Origin: Lingula anatina
Lineage: Eukaryota > Animalia > Brachiopoda
NCBI GenBank assembly: GCA_051362555.1
Contig: CM120644.1
Span: 22,342,534 to 22,406,533, forward strand
DNA: 64,000 nt
Reading direction: 5' to 3'
Below, in pieces: positions 12,644-25,526 of this stretch (positions are counted from its first letter, which is position 1; each line of letters starts with the position of its first letter). The notes under the pieces were generated by a model. That model had not been told where the DNA came from and searched no databases. It was given only the letters and a program-made list of their open reading frames with translations. The translations under genes and the position numbers were made by a program.

Positions 12644-13850
12644 TATATCAGACACTTTATTGACTGAAGGAGAAGTAAAATTCTTCTGTTGGCCTGCATG
12701 GAGAACAGAAAAAGGGGGAAAACTTTGTTCTGATCTTCCAAAGATTACTTTTTTAAGAAATCTGAATGCTCCCTCTGCAGCCTTTGACTGTGCAATTTCA
12801 TATATATATATATTGCATAATATGGCAGACCATCTATGGTTATGTAATAAAACGAAACATTCTTTGAAATAAAATATGATTATTAATAGTGTGTCTTTGT
12901 ACTTTACTGCATCAAAATATTGTCAGTTATTCAATTCATTAACTTGCAATGATGGCACTTAAAGTTAAGGAAAATAAATTTTTATAGCATCTACCTGTAA
13001 TAGAAAAGCAAGCTAGGGATGCTAGAAACCGTAGTTCGTTTCCCCTTACTTTGTACAGATGACATTCGTCCAATATGCTAATGTGGCTTGTCTTGGGTAT
13101 CAATAGACGAATAGCATCGAACACGAGTCTCTTACCCTTTTCACTGACACCATTGGTAACACAGTTGAAGCCAGTGAAATGATTCTTTTACGGTTGTAAG
13201 CGGAAAGGGTCAGATACCATCTCTAAAATTTACTGAAGGATGTTTCCGAGGGGAATCAGCTGAGATTGCAACGCTTCGTTCACATTAAGTTCACTTCATC
13301 TTCACGAACAGTTGCCTTAAAAACAATTCATTTTGAGCAGTTGTTGTTTATACCCCAGGGGAGCTTTGTGTCATTCATCACTGTGATCAAACATCAGATC
13401 TTGTTTTTTTTACCCTCATTTCTTCGTTGTTCGCAAAAGCAGGTGCATGTACTTGACTTCAAAGATTTTTTCACTTTGCTGAACAGTAGAACAATGGAAA
13501 TAAAGGTGGTATTATAACAAGAAAACCAGGAATTAAAATGTGAATAATTGAAGTATAAGTTTAAAAAAAAAAAAAAATTAAAGGAGCTACAACCGCAGTA
13601 CTGGCTTTTTGTGAATGCATACCACACTATGAGAACAGATGTCTTTCTTGTTACAAGACGTTCAGGAGCAGCAGCAGCACTTATTGTTAACGCCATGAAG
13701 AAAGGAGAGAGACGCCTGCTAGTTCTGTGACAAGTCATCCATGAGTAACACTACATATACATGGACCTGCAGAAACCACGGTGCATATTCTTAACTAAGT
13801 GGAGAGCAACAACACAGATGTAGATGATTTGATACGTCAATGAAAAGTCG

Positions 13851-15725
13851 ATGAAAAGGAATGAAATGGCTGGCATTAGAGAAAAACCTTTCAAATGCCA
13901 GTATTGTGAAAAGAGTTTTAGTGTCAAAAGAGCATGTGTACGACATGAAAGGACCCACACTGGAGAAAAACCATTCAAATGCCAGTATTGTGAAAAGAGC
14001 TTTAGTTTTGAAAGAGCTTGCAAACGACATGAAATGATCCACACTGGAGAAAAACCATTCAAATGCCAGTATTGTGAAAAAAGCTTTACTGTCAGAGATA
14101 AATGTAAACAACATGAAATGATCCACACTGGAGAAAGACCATTTAAATGTCAGTATTGTGAAAAAGGTTTTATTGAAAAACGGAATTGTATGCAGCACGA
14201 AAGGACCCACACTGGAGAAAAACCATTCAAATGTCAGTATTGCGAAAAATGCTTTAGCGTTAAACAAAGGTGTACACAACATGAAAACACTCACACTGGG
14301 GAAAAAACATTTAAATGCCAGTATTGTGAAAAGTGTTTTAGTATTAAACAGAGTTATATACAGCATGAAATAAACCACACTAGAGAAAAACCATTCAAAT
14401 GCCAGTATTGTGAAAAAAATTTTTCTTTCAAAAGTCAATGTAAATTTCATGAAATGATTCACAATGGAGATAAGCCATTCAAATGTCGGTATTGTGGAAA
14501 GAGTTACATTTCTGAAAACACTTGTAAAAAACATGAACGGATACACACTGGAGAAAAGCCATTCAAATGCCAGTATTGTGAAAAGTGTTTTGGTGACAAA
14601 AGCACATGTAAACAACATGAAATGATTCACAGTGGAGAAAAACCATTCAAATGCCAGTACTGTGAAAAAAGTTTCACTTGCAAAAGTCAGTGTAAACAAC
14701 ATGAAATGGTTCACACTGGAGAAAAGCCATTCAAATGCCAGTATTGTAATAAGAGTTTTAGGGTCAAAAGAACATGTACAAGACATGAAATGATCCACAT
14801 TGGAAAAAAACCATTCAAATGCCAGTACTGTGAAAAGAGTTTTATTATTAAACAGAATTGTAAACGACACGAAGTGACCCACAATATTGAAAACTCATTT
14901 AAATGCCAGTATTGTAAAAAGAGCTATAGTAATGAAAGATCTTGCAAACGACATGAAATGATCCACACCGGAGAAAAACTATTCAAATGCCAGTATTGTG
15001 AAAAAAGCTTTACTGTCAGAGATAAATGTAAACGACATGAAATGATCCACACTGGCGAAAAACCATATAAATGTCAGTATTGTGAAAAATGTTTTAGTGT
15101 TAAAGATAAGTGTACACAACATGAAAGGACCCACACTGGAGAAAAACTATTCAAATGTCAATATTGTGAAAAGTGTTTTAGTGTTAAACATAAGTGTACA
15201 CAACATGAAAGGACCCACACTGGAGAAAAGCCATTCAAATGCCAGTATTGTGATAAGAGTTTTAGTGCCAAAAGAACATGTATAAAACACGAAATAATTC
15301 ACAGTAGAGAAAAACCATTCAAATGTCAGTATTGTGAAAAAGGTTTTACTGAAAAACAAAGTTGTATAGAAGATAAAAAAACTCACACTGACAAAAAATT
15401 ATTCAAATGCCTACATTGTGAAAAAAGTTTTAGTGTCAAAAATAAATGTGAACAACATAAAATGATTAACACTGGGGTTTCATCTCCGCCTATAAAAAAG
15501 GAACCTCAAGAAGAGGATAATCCGTATACGACAATGGTTTCACTACAGTCTATAAAAAAGGAATTCCAAGATGATTATATGCCACATGGGACAAAAGTAG
15601 AGATGGAAGCTTATACAGAAACCAAAGTCAAAGTCGAGTTAAATGATGACAATGCTCCAGACGTGAGACCTGAGATCTATCCAGTAGCAATGTTTAGAAA
15701 TGTATTTGCAGATACTGACAATTGA
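13851..15725 (+). CDS. C2H2 zinc-finger gene D (19 fingers, last two degenerate, plus acidic tail)
   Basis: Intact 624-aa ORF and near-identical paralog of gene B. Confidence 0.92.
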   Translation: MKRNEMAGIREKPFKCQYCEKSFSVKRACVRHERTHTGEKPFKCQYCEKSFSFERACKRHEMIHTGEKPFKCQYCEKSFTVRDKCKQHEMIHTGERPFKCQYCEKGFIEKRNCMQHERTHTGEKPFKCQYCEKCFSVKQRCTQHENTHTGEKTFKCQYCEKCFSIKQSYIQHEINHTREKPFKCQYCEKNFSFKSQCKFHEMIHNGDKPFKCRYCGKSYISENTCKKHERIHTGEKPFKCQYCEKCFGDKSTCKQHEMIHSGEKPFKCQYCEKSFTCKSQCKQHEMVHTGEKPFKCQYCNKSFRVKRTCTRHEMIHIGKKPFKCQYCEKSFIIKQNCKRHEVTHNIENSFKCQYCKKSYSNERSCKRHEMIHTGEKLFKCQYCEKSFTVRDKCKRHEMIHTGEKPYKCQYCEKCFSVKDKCTQHERTHTGEKLFKCQYCEKCFSVKHKCTQHERTHTGEKPFKCQYCDKSFSAKRTCIKHEIIHSREKPFKCQYCEKGFTEKQSCIEDKKTHTDKKLFKCLHCEKSFSVKNKCEQHKMINTGVSSPPIKKEPQEEDNPYTTMVSLQSIKKEFQDDYMPHGTKVEMEAYTETKVKVELNDDNAPDVRPEIYPVAMFRNVFADTDN

Positions 15726-16384
15726 CATCTGATAATATAATATTTAAGTAATAGACATTGAGCACAAGAAGAAAGTTCTTTATTTTAATTATTTGATTGG
15801 GAGTTATGTTTAAAGATGTTTTGGAGACAGTTATTCTAACTGAAAACTGGTGCATGCATTCATGGAGACTGCATTAGTTATTATATATATATATGACTGA
15901 AAACAGGTCTGCCAGTTCATGCATTCATGGAATATTTCTGGAACTTGACCATGTTTAATTGCATGTGGATGGGTCATATACAGAGACTGTCTATATATGT
16001 CAGATACTTTATTGACTTAAGAAGTAAGATTCTTCTGTTGGCCTGCATGGAGAACAGAAAAAGGGGGAAAACTTCCAAAGAGTGCCTTTTTAAGAAATCT
16101 GAACGCTCCCCCTGCAGCCTTTGACTGTGCAATTTCATATATATATATATATATATATCACGTTATATGGCAGACCATCTATGGTTATGTAATAAAACAA
16201 AACATACTTTGAAATAAAATATGATTTTATTAATAATCTGTACTTTACTGCTTCAAAGTGTTTTAAATGAAAATTAAGCATCCTTTATATGCCACCAACA
16301 ATTAATTAATTAGCAGACACACACACACATTTTTTTTTTCAGTTATTCAATTCATTGACTTGCAATGATGGCAATTAAAGTTAA

Positions 16385-17375
16385 AGACAGTCTCAGTGGG
16401 TTAGATTAATGTATAGAAGCAGGTTCTATGTAAAACTTTGATCAGATTTGTGTTTTGTGAGATTGTTTATTATTATATTTATAAGTCTGGGTCACAAAAG
16501 TCCTGTTAAGACAACTAGAATAAAGAATTAGAAAACGAAAACTATTTATCATGATTTCGGAGCACAGCCAGAAGTACTTCCGGCTCAAGGTCACGACCTC
16601 GAATTTCCCACGCTTACGACCAATCACAGCAGGCTTCAGTCAGAATGAGATAGACGTCACGACTACACAGCGAAACTTGTCAGACATGTAAGTGCCGCCT
16701 GTCCATCTTTTCGGTACATGTACCGATCAAAAACAGAAAACGTAAAGCCCAAAACGCTCTTATACACGTAACCAACTTTGTGTGAGCACAAATATTGTCA
16801 TTTATTGTGAACAGGATAATATGATAATCAGACACACTTGAGACCTGTGAAGCACATACTCACGTGTCGAGGAGTAGTTTCGCCATTGCCTCGTATGTGA
16901 GTCCTAACTCAGCTTTAAGTGTCCTCCACCGCCCCACCTCCCTCCCAACATACACAGTCTGAGTGCTTCTTCGTCTGTCTCTAATTTTCTTTCGTATCTT
17001 TCGAACTGGAGTGGCTATTTTCTTTCGTCCCCTCTGGTCGCTCTCCTCTTCAAACTTGACGCGCGTCTGAGCCATGTTTGCTGTTTTGGCGCCAAATAGT
17101 AACATCCGGGTCTCAGCCGTAGTACTTCATTCATAGTAAACCGCGAGACTTAGCGAGAAATTGCGCGTTCTGAAGCCGTACTGTGAGGTGGTAGCTGAGT
17201 ATTTAAGACGAGTCGTCTTTTATTATTTAATGGAACTTAAAAACGGTATTAGGTAGCTTCATTTTCTGAACGGTTTTGGATAGGATATACCTTGGTCATT
17301 ATGGGGAAAATGGTGAGATTTCCAGGAAAATTCATTTTCGTGCTATTTTAAGGGTTTAACGCGCTGAGACTGTCT
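16385..17375. mobile_element. 991-bp Kolobok-type non-autonomous element carrying a short ORF
   Basis: TTAA TSD at 16381-16384 and 17376-17379. TIR AGACAGTCTCAG is perfect over 12 bp and 18/21 when extended. The empty site AAAGTTAAGGAATC is at about 5947-5960. Confidence 0.88.
16860..17075 (-). CDS. Short basic ORF or first exon inside the 991-bp element
   Basis: ATG in AACATGG context. The 71-aa product is basic and ends TVYVGREVGRWRTLKAELGLTYEAMAKLLLD at a GTGAGT donor-like site. Confidence 0.5.
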   Translation of the reverse strand: MAQTRVKFEEESDQRGRKKIATPVRKIRKKIRDRRRSTQTVYVGREVGRWRTLKAELGLTYEAMAKLLLDT

Positions 17376-18989
17376 TTAAGGAATCTAAATTTTCATTGCA
17401 TCTACCTGTAATAGAAAAGCAAGCTAGGAATGCTAGAAACCGTAGTCCGCTTCCCTTTACTTTGTACAGATGACATTCGTCCTAAATGCTTATGTGGCTT
17501 GTCTTGGATATCATAAGACGAATAGCATCGAACACGAGTCCCTTACCCTTTCCACAGACACACAGTTGAAGCCAGTGAAATGGTTATTTTACTTTTGTAA
17601 GCGGAAAGGGTCGGATACCATCTTGGGAATTTACTGAAGGGGAATCCGATGAGATTGCAACGCTTTGTTTACATTAAGTTCACTTTATCTTAACGAACAG
17701 TTACCTTAAAAACAATTCGTTCCGAGCAGTTGATGTTTATACCCCCAGGGGAGCTTTGTGTCATTCATCACAGTCATCAAACACCAGTTTTTTTTTTTTT
17801 TTTACCCTCATTTCTTCGTTGTTCGCAAAAGCAGGTACATGTACTTCGACTTCAAAGACTTTTTTCACTTTGCTGAACAGTAAAACAACAGAAAAGCTGT
17901 TTATTGGTGGAAATAAAGGTGGTATTATAACAAGAAAACCAGGAATTAAAATGTGAATAATTGAAGTAAATGTTTTAAAAATAAAAGGAGCTACCGCCGT
18001 AGTACTGGCTTTTCATGATTGCATACCACACTTAGAGAACAGATGTCTTTTTTGTATCAAGATGTTCAGGAGCAGCAGCAGCACTTATAGTTTTCGCCAT
18101 GAAGAAAGGAGACGGACACCTTCCAGATCTGTGACTAGTCATCCATGAGTAACACTACATATACATGGACCTGCAGAAACCAGGGTGCATATTCTTAACA
18201 AAGTGAAGAGCAACAACATGAATGTAGGTGATTTGATACATTAGTGAAAAGTTGATGAAAAGGAATGAAATGGCTGGCATTGGAGAAAAATCATTCAAAT
18301 GCCAGTATTGTGAAAAGAGTTTTAGTTTTGAAAGTTCTTGCAAACACCATGAAATGATCCACACTGGTGAAAAACTGTATAAATGTCAGAATTGCAAAAA
18401 AGGTTTTATTGGAAAATGGCATTGTATGCAGCACGAAAGGACCCACACTGGAGAAAAACCATTCAAATGTCAGTATTGTGAAAAATGTTTTCCTGTCAAA
18501 AGCTATTGTAGGAAACATCCCGCACAAAAATGCAGTAGTATCGAAGTAGCAAAGAAGCATTAACGCAGTAGTGGTGTGGAGCATATTTGCAGTAGAAATG
18601 CAGTAGAGCCTACTGCAATTCTACTTCAAAAATTACATAGGGTTGTACAGCGGAGGAGCATTAATGCAGTAGATTCGCAGCATGATTGAAGCGTGTTTCA
18701 AATATGCTAATTAGCTACCAAATCTACTCCGATGCAGTAGAGATAAAGCATTACGTTTATGCTGCACTGCATTATGCGCATCGGATACTTCAAAGATACT
18801 CAACAGAGGTAGATTTGAGGTATAAAGCAAAAAGCATGATGCTCGCACACTGCTCTGCGGAGGTAGATTTGGAGCATATTAAAATATTTTATTTGAATGT
18901 GTTATAATTTTACATCGTTCGCTGTCTTAATTACTTCTTACATTATAATTCTCACGGCAAAAATATTAAAATATATATGAGAAAAAAGC

Positions 18990-19835
18990 AACCCTCGCGG
19001 AGGTAGATTTTCAGTATATGAGAAAAAATTATGCTCGAGTACTGCTCCGCAGAGGTAGTTTTGGAGTATATGAGAAAAATCAATGCCCGTGTTATGCTTC
19101 GCGTTGGTTGATTTGGAGTATATGAGAAATAAACAATGCTCGCGTGCTGCTGCTCGGAGGTAGATCTGTAGTATATGAAAAAAAGGTATGCTCGAGTACT
19201 GCTCCGCGGAAGTAGTTTTGGAGTATATGAGAAATAAACAATGCTCGCGTGCTGCTGCTCGGAGGTAGATCTGTAGTATATGAAAAAAAGGTATGCTCGA
19301 GTACTGCTCCGCGGAAGTAGTTTTGGAGTATATGACAAAGAAAGCAATGCTCGCGTTATGCTTCGCAGTGGTAGATTTGGAGTATATGATTAATAATGCT
19401 CGCGTTATGCTCCGTGGAGGTAGATTTGGAGTATATGAAAAAAAAGCAATGCTCGCGTGCTGCTGCGCGGAAGTAGTTTTGGGGTATATGAGAAAGATAT
19501 CAATGCTCGCGTTATGCTTCGCGGTGGTAGATTTGGAGTATATGAGAAATAAATAATTCTCGCGTACTGCTCCGCGGAAGTAGATTTGGAGTATATATGA
19601 GAAAGATAGCAGTGCTCGCGTTATGCTTCGCGGTGGTAGATTTGGAGTATATGAGAAATAAACAATGCTCGCGTACTGGTCCAATTGAGGTAAATTTGGA
19701 GTATATGAGAAAGAGAGCAATACTCGCCTTCTGCTTCGCAGTAGTAGATTTGGAGTATATGAAAAAAAAACATGCTCGCGTACTGCTTCGCGGAGGTAGA
19801 TTTGGAGTACATGAAAAAAATGCTCGTGTACTGCT
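18990..19835 (+). repeat. Left subterminal tandem array, 52-53-bp unit, about 16 copies
   Basis: Unit approximately ATGCTCGCGTTATGCTTCGCGGTGGTAGATTTGGAGTATATGAGAAATAAACA, with starts at 19031, 19083, 19136, 19188 and onward. Locally it is organised as 105-bp dimers. Confidence 0.92.
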
Positions 19836-20165
19836 CATAAAAAAGACAGATTGAAGTTTCTTATCGTTTATTAAATACTGTTTTATACAAAATTTCACTT
19901 TAAAAAGACAGATTGTGAATATGATTTTTCTTGGTACATCAACCTTCTCCTTATAAGTGTGATCTGATCTGGTCCTAAAAGTAAAAAAAAAGTTCTGATA
20001 AGTTGATTGTTTTTTTTTTTTTTTCTGGGAATTCTTTAACTGAAATAGCAATCAAGATAATAAATAACAGCTTTTACCACTATGACTTTCATTAAGTGTT
20101 GAAAAATATTTTTTTTTTGTGAATAAAGGTTAGATAACAGCTCAAAACACACACCTATTGTTCTC

Positions 20166-21509
20166 TCATGGCAGATATCCCATCCATTCATTGTCTTCTG
20201 TGTCTTCACATGGGCTGCTACAAATAAAATAAAAACAATTGGAATCACAATTCCAGTACGTTTGATTGTTTTTTTTTTGTTCTATAATAGCAGCCAATAT
20301 ATTTAAAGCCACCTTTTACAACACTGCCTTTCATTAAGTTTTTTTATAAAAAGTGAGTACATATATACACACCTTTTTGTTTTTCTTGCTTTGCAGGAAA
20401 ATGCTGTAATTTTGCAGGCTATGGCCTGCCGCAGTTTGCCTGGGGTGGCTGGACTGCTTTGCGAACAGGTGTCTGAAACATACAATAAATCAAACAGATT
20501 AAGAAAAATTATATGTCGTTAATACTATATCTTTCACTTGCAACACTTGCTAATTAAAAAAAAAAACGATTCTTAACCAACATGTTTCCATTACTTTAAG
20601 GGTGTACATGCACTCAGACTATAAAAGTAGGTCACAAGTTATTTACCTATTATAGCTTTAATTATCCTGGGATTCAGCTGCTTTTTCCCCTCAGTAGAGC
20701 TAGTTAGAGTGCAGTTAGCCAGTTCTTCTCTGCTGAAGAAAACTGACATCAGCAGCCTAGCCGTCCTCAAACCATGTTGCACACTACCTTTCTTCACCTT
20801 CCCAGGTTTGAAACAAGAAACAAGGTCCGGGCGAGGAATATATACCGAACTGCCTGGGACCAGCTCAACCATCTAGTGAAAAGACATAATCATAAAAATG
20901 ATTTAAACTAATTGTACATACAAAACACATCTACAAATTAAGCAGAAAGGCACAAGATGGGTATGATAAATTTAATTAAACAACAAATCCCCAGGAATGT
21001 TGGATAGTGACATTTTACTTATCATCAAAGAGAAACACAAGCACCAAAGAATACATGGGCTAAAATAAAATTAACAATGACACATGACAATGGACATACT
21101 ATAAACAAGTTAGTATAATTATTAAAACACATACCTTGTATTTTTCTCCAATTTCCTTTGGTAAGAGACCTGGCCTGGGAATTTCATAATCATCCTCTGC
21201 AAACAAACACAAAATATATATTCCTTGTTTAGTATTTAAACTGGTACTCCATTCCATATGACCAGATTTCTGTTTTATAAGTTTAGTTATTAAAGCTTGT
21301 TATAAAAGCTGTTCTACTAACCTCAATTTTCTGGTATGTACACCGCATAATTTACATAAAGTTCATTTAGCAAGTTTGGCACTATTTAACAAGCATCATG
21401 CATGGGCAGTGCAGTGCTTTTTAAACTAGATTGACATGACAGTATGACACTAGTTTTAAATATGCTGTTTCCTGGAACATCTATTTAAGTAAAAGTTGTA
21501 ATATTAAGA

Positions 21510-21540
<31 letters not shown>

Positions 21541-24500
21541 CGAATACAAAAATAAAAAAAATTAAAAAAATATCTGTAAAACAACCTACCTATGAATTTA
21601 ATATGCTCCAATTGCTTTATTTTTTCCTGCAGTTTTTCCACCTCTGGAAATACAAGAAGCATAATTAAAATTTCAACAGTCGGGTTTATGGCTCGCACCA
21701 CCCCAAACTTTGATAATATGCTTTAAAGGATTGATACTAAAATATTAGGTTCAATATGTTTGCCACTCCACTTTCAAGGCCACAAATTACTATCAGAAAA
21801 AAATATATGTTGACATCGGCTACTTCCATTTCAAAATGCCTTAGGTACACTTAGACGATGGTCCAAGCTATTGCTCATAAAACAATTATTGAGTGCATTT
21901 TATTTAATATTTAATGCATTTGTGTTTGAGGTGTTTTAGTTAATAGTTTACTCAAATGGCTTGAAGTTATTGAAGCATCGAAGTTATACTCACCACACTT
22001 CAAACGCCTACAATTATCACAATCAGTACTTCTGGAAGTACAAATCATAACAATGGTTATTCATCCATATTACACCAATGGCTCACTATAAAAATCCAAC
22101 ACAATTACATTTTTGCTATTTTGTTGGTGGCACATTTAATGCCCTTACATATAATTGAAGAGATGTTCCCTTTTTGTTGTTGTTGGTTTTAATCTTTAGT
22201 AGCCTTATAATCATTTTAGAAATCACATCTCACCTTTGAGTCTCTTTGTTCATTTCACTTCTCTCCTCATCTCTGAAAATCATGACAAATTTTATTAATA
22301 ACTGAAATCTCTACAATATTGTGTCAATAGCAATTGTATTTTGGGTCTATATTGGCATGTTTGTCAGATGATGACAAAGGGAAATGTCTTCTGAAAAAAA
22401 AATTGTAATAGGGATGGAAAAATTTACCATATATTCTTTACCTTTAAAAATTCATAGCACAGTTATCTGTATGAGACTCAATTAACTAGTTATTATTGTA
22501 AAAAACAATATATGAATTTGTTACCTGAACTGTTGCCTTGGTTGTTTCTGGGCAATCTTGGGGTAGCCCTTAGCATTACAAGCTCTGCAAGTAATAAAAT
22601 GACATTATAAATATACCAGCACAGTAGCTATTGACACAATAGGAAATACACATCCAATCAGTCTTGATACCAAACTACTGACATACAAATAACACACCTG
22701 GATTACAGCAATTACATGCTTCTATTTTTATGCTGTTGTTTATCCAAAATTAAATCAAGATATTTACAACTTTTTAGTAACTTATCAAAATCTTGATCAG
22801 CAAAAATAAAACAGTAAAATTACTGATCATTTATACATAACATCACGTATTCTAACAGTAACTTACACAGTCCCCGCTCCGTCCAAAGACCTATACCTAT
22901 ATGAGAAAAAAGGGACGACTCTTTGAAGTGATCCTTTACTCAAATTTTAATGGCAAAAATGGAAGGACCGAATTGAGATACAAGACTGCAAATGTAATCA
23001 AGACAAATCTCAATCATAACAATAAAATAAATAATATTTATTTTAAATTGTCTACTACTACATATAAAGTTACTTACAAAGTCTCTTCTTCATCAGAAAA
23101 ATCTCCCAGCACCAAATCATATCTAAAATGTAGAAAAGTATTAAGTATTAGTTATTTTAAAGTATACCAGCAAAAATACGAAGATAGGATGACTCTCATA
23201 CACCTCATGTTTTAGGTAATGTTTGTGAGCATGTAAATTGTAACTTTAAAATATCAGGCGTGTTAACACTTTATCTTACACAATTCAACCCCAAAACTTT
23301 CTTACAAGCTCATGACAATACAATTTAAAGGTGAAAACTCACTCCACATCCCCTTCAGATTCTTGCCCAGCATTTCCTGCATTCCTTGTTTCTGATGATA
23401 TAGGCTCTGAGAATAAACACATACATGTTAAAGGAACAATGATTAAGAAAAATTCTCTGCATCTCTTCTATGTACACGTCTAATCCTTTGCAAACCCAAT
23501 TACATTTGAAACATTATGAATTTTTGGGGTTTTATTTCTTCTCACAAACCCTTGACCATCTGTCCAGCACATGTGAAATAAACATGCAATTTAATAAACT
23601 TAATGAATTTTGAGAATTTCATTTTTGATAAAATTACCTGTTTTCTTTCTATTTCCTGTTGTTTCACTCTCTCTATTAGCTTTTTCTTGATCACTCTCCT
23701 CGTCATTCCTTGTTATTCTAAAATTAATGGCAACTTTTTATCTATTATTATCTAATTAATGCAAATGTGTTTATCTGTTTGTCCTGACAATTATATTTCT
23801 CACGAAGGCAGTTTCTCTTCCTGCATTTATTTTCATTAGTAAATGGGTTTTCTCAATATTAATTCTATGATACACTTTGTTCTATTTTTATCAAGTTCAA
23901 CTCCTAATACCTCTGAAACTCCAAATCGAATTGGGCTTCCAGACTTTCAAATTTTCTCCTCCTGGCTTCTCTTCTTTTCTCTGCTAGTTCTTTCCTTTCA
24001 TCAATCTTCCTTTTTTTTGCTTCCTTTTTCTCTGATGCAGGTACTATAATAAACACAGAGATAGATTTTACACTTCTGTAAAAGAACAGTTAAGGTATTC
24101 ATGAAGCATTTCTAAAAAGAAATACCCCTATGCATTTTCTTTGGGAGTATGTATAATTTCTATTCTTCATCGTCTATATATGGTGGTTTTGGAATTTATT
24201 CCCCCTACATTTCTTCACATGAAAAATAATATTTTACATCCAATAAAATAGTTCAAAATTATACATAAAACGACATTTCGAAACATTACCTGGTGTCTTT
24301 TTATTTGGTCTTGTTGGTGGCTCTGAAAGTTAAGGTTAACACTGTACTTATAAGTACCTAAAAAACGAACTGATTTATAAATAAATGGCAGAGTGATTAA
24401 TTAATTGTAATTATCATTTTTGAATTTCATTTTAGTCTGGCACAATTCTCTGAACTAATGGATTGCTACATATTAATTGCTTAGGTGCATACAATCAACA

Positions 24501-25526
24501 GTTCAACATGTGACCTGATCCTCCTGTGGCCAGAAAAAATAAGTGAGGACAAATACATTTTTGAGTGTCATCTGACATGGCCTTAACTGTCATAAAAATA
24601 TCTAAGTACTGTATGGTTAACAAATGTAATCCTACAAATAAATGACACAATATGTATCTATGAGAGAAAAAAGATCTTTCTGGAAGCATTTCTTACCTTT
24701 ATTTTCTTTCTGCCCAGAAGTCAAATTTCTCAAAATCTTCCTCATATCTGCATCATTTGCTGAAAAAAAAGTGAAGAAATTTCAGTATTCCAAATACAGA
24801 CCTCCATTTTACCTTAGCCAAACCAACAAACATCTTACATTATCACATTTTCCAACCGTCTAGTCTTATAAACATGTAGGTGACATCTAATAAATCCAAC
24901 TGTTGTAAAGTCATATATGTCAAGCTTTTATTCTCCAATCCGGTGCCGCTGAATATTGCGCAAAAGGCTACAGCGCAACACCAGTCAATAATCTTGAAAA
25001 AATGAATGCAGATGCAAATGAACAAAGAGAACGGCCATTCCCTAGAAAATACACTAGCCAGCATGGAGGCTGAACAGACAATAAACATGTTGTGTCGATT
25101 TGTTAAGTCGTATCAATGATATTGATTATAAAGTAATTTATATACAATTGTTAATCGCCCTATTTTGTTGGTAAAACCGTTCCGTGTTATCACGTCGGGT
25201 TTCCAAGATGGCGGACGACTAATGGGTTTCAAGAAACATTTTTTTAGACATGCCACCAAAGTGTGGGTCTTAACATTTTACAAACCTTAGTGTAGGAAGC
25301 ATGTTGTCCATCTCAGCAGGAAAATTAATAAGATAACGAAAAACTTACCTCCTATATGCAATATCCTAGCGGGATAGTCTCCTGGAAAGCCCCGGCACTT
25401 AGCATGTATTATCTGGCCAATTTTATACTTCTCCAAGTCTATTCTTGGTCTTGCGATGGACAGTAGGGTGATAATATCTATTGGCGAATTGTCCTCCTGC
25501 CACTCCACTATAGCGTGTGTCACCAT
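20166..25526 (-). CDS. BEN-domain protein of the transposon (16 exons, about 420 aa)
   Basis: Phase-consistent GT-AG exons start near 25526, 24759, 24322, 24043, 23717, 23406, 23122, 22896, 22584, 22272, 22031, 21643, 21197, 20872, 20476 and 20217, giving one open frame to TGA at 20166-20168. The C-terminal segment TARLLMSVFFSREELANCTLT...KKQLNPRIIKAII...KLRQAIACK is BEN-like and is preceded by a coiled coil (VEKLQEKIKQLE). Confidence 0.8.

Noticed and set aside
13266-13738. Short ORFs repeated upstream of each ZF gene as a possible effector exon
   Set aside because: They are broken by different stops and frameshifts in different paralogs and partly deleted before gene B. No domain was recognised.
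3934-17379. piggyBac assignment for the two TTAA-flanked elements
   Set aside because: The termini are AG...CT rather than the CC(C/Y)...GG typical of piggyBac, which fits Kolobok better.
18938-20051. Repetitive ORFs and CRISPR-like appearance of the left array
   Set aside because: The units are tandem with no unique spacers, there are no cas genes, and the context is eukaryotic. The ORFs are by-products of the repeat.
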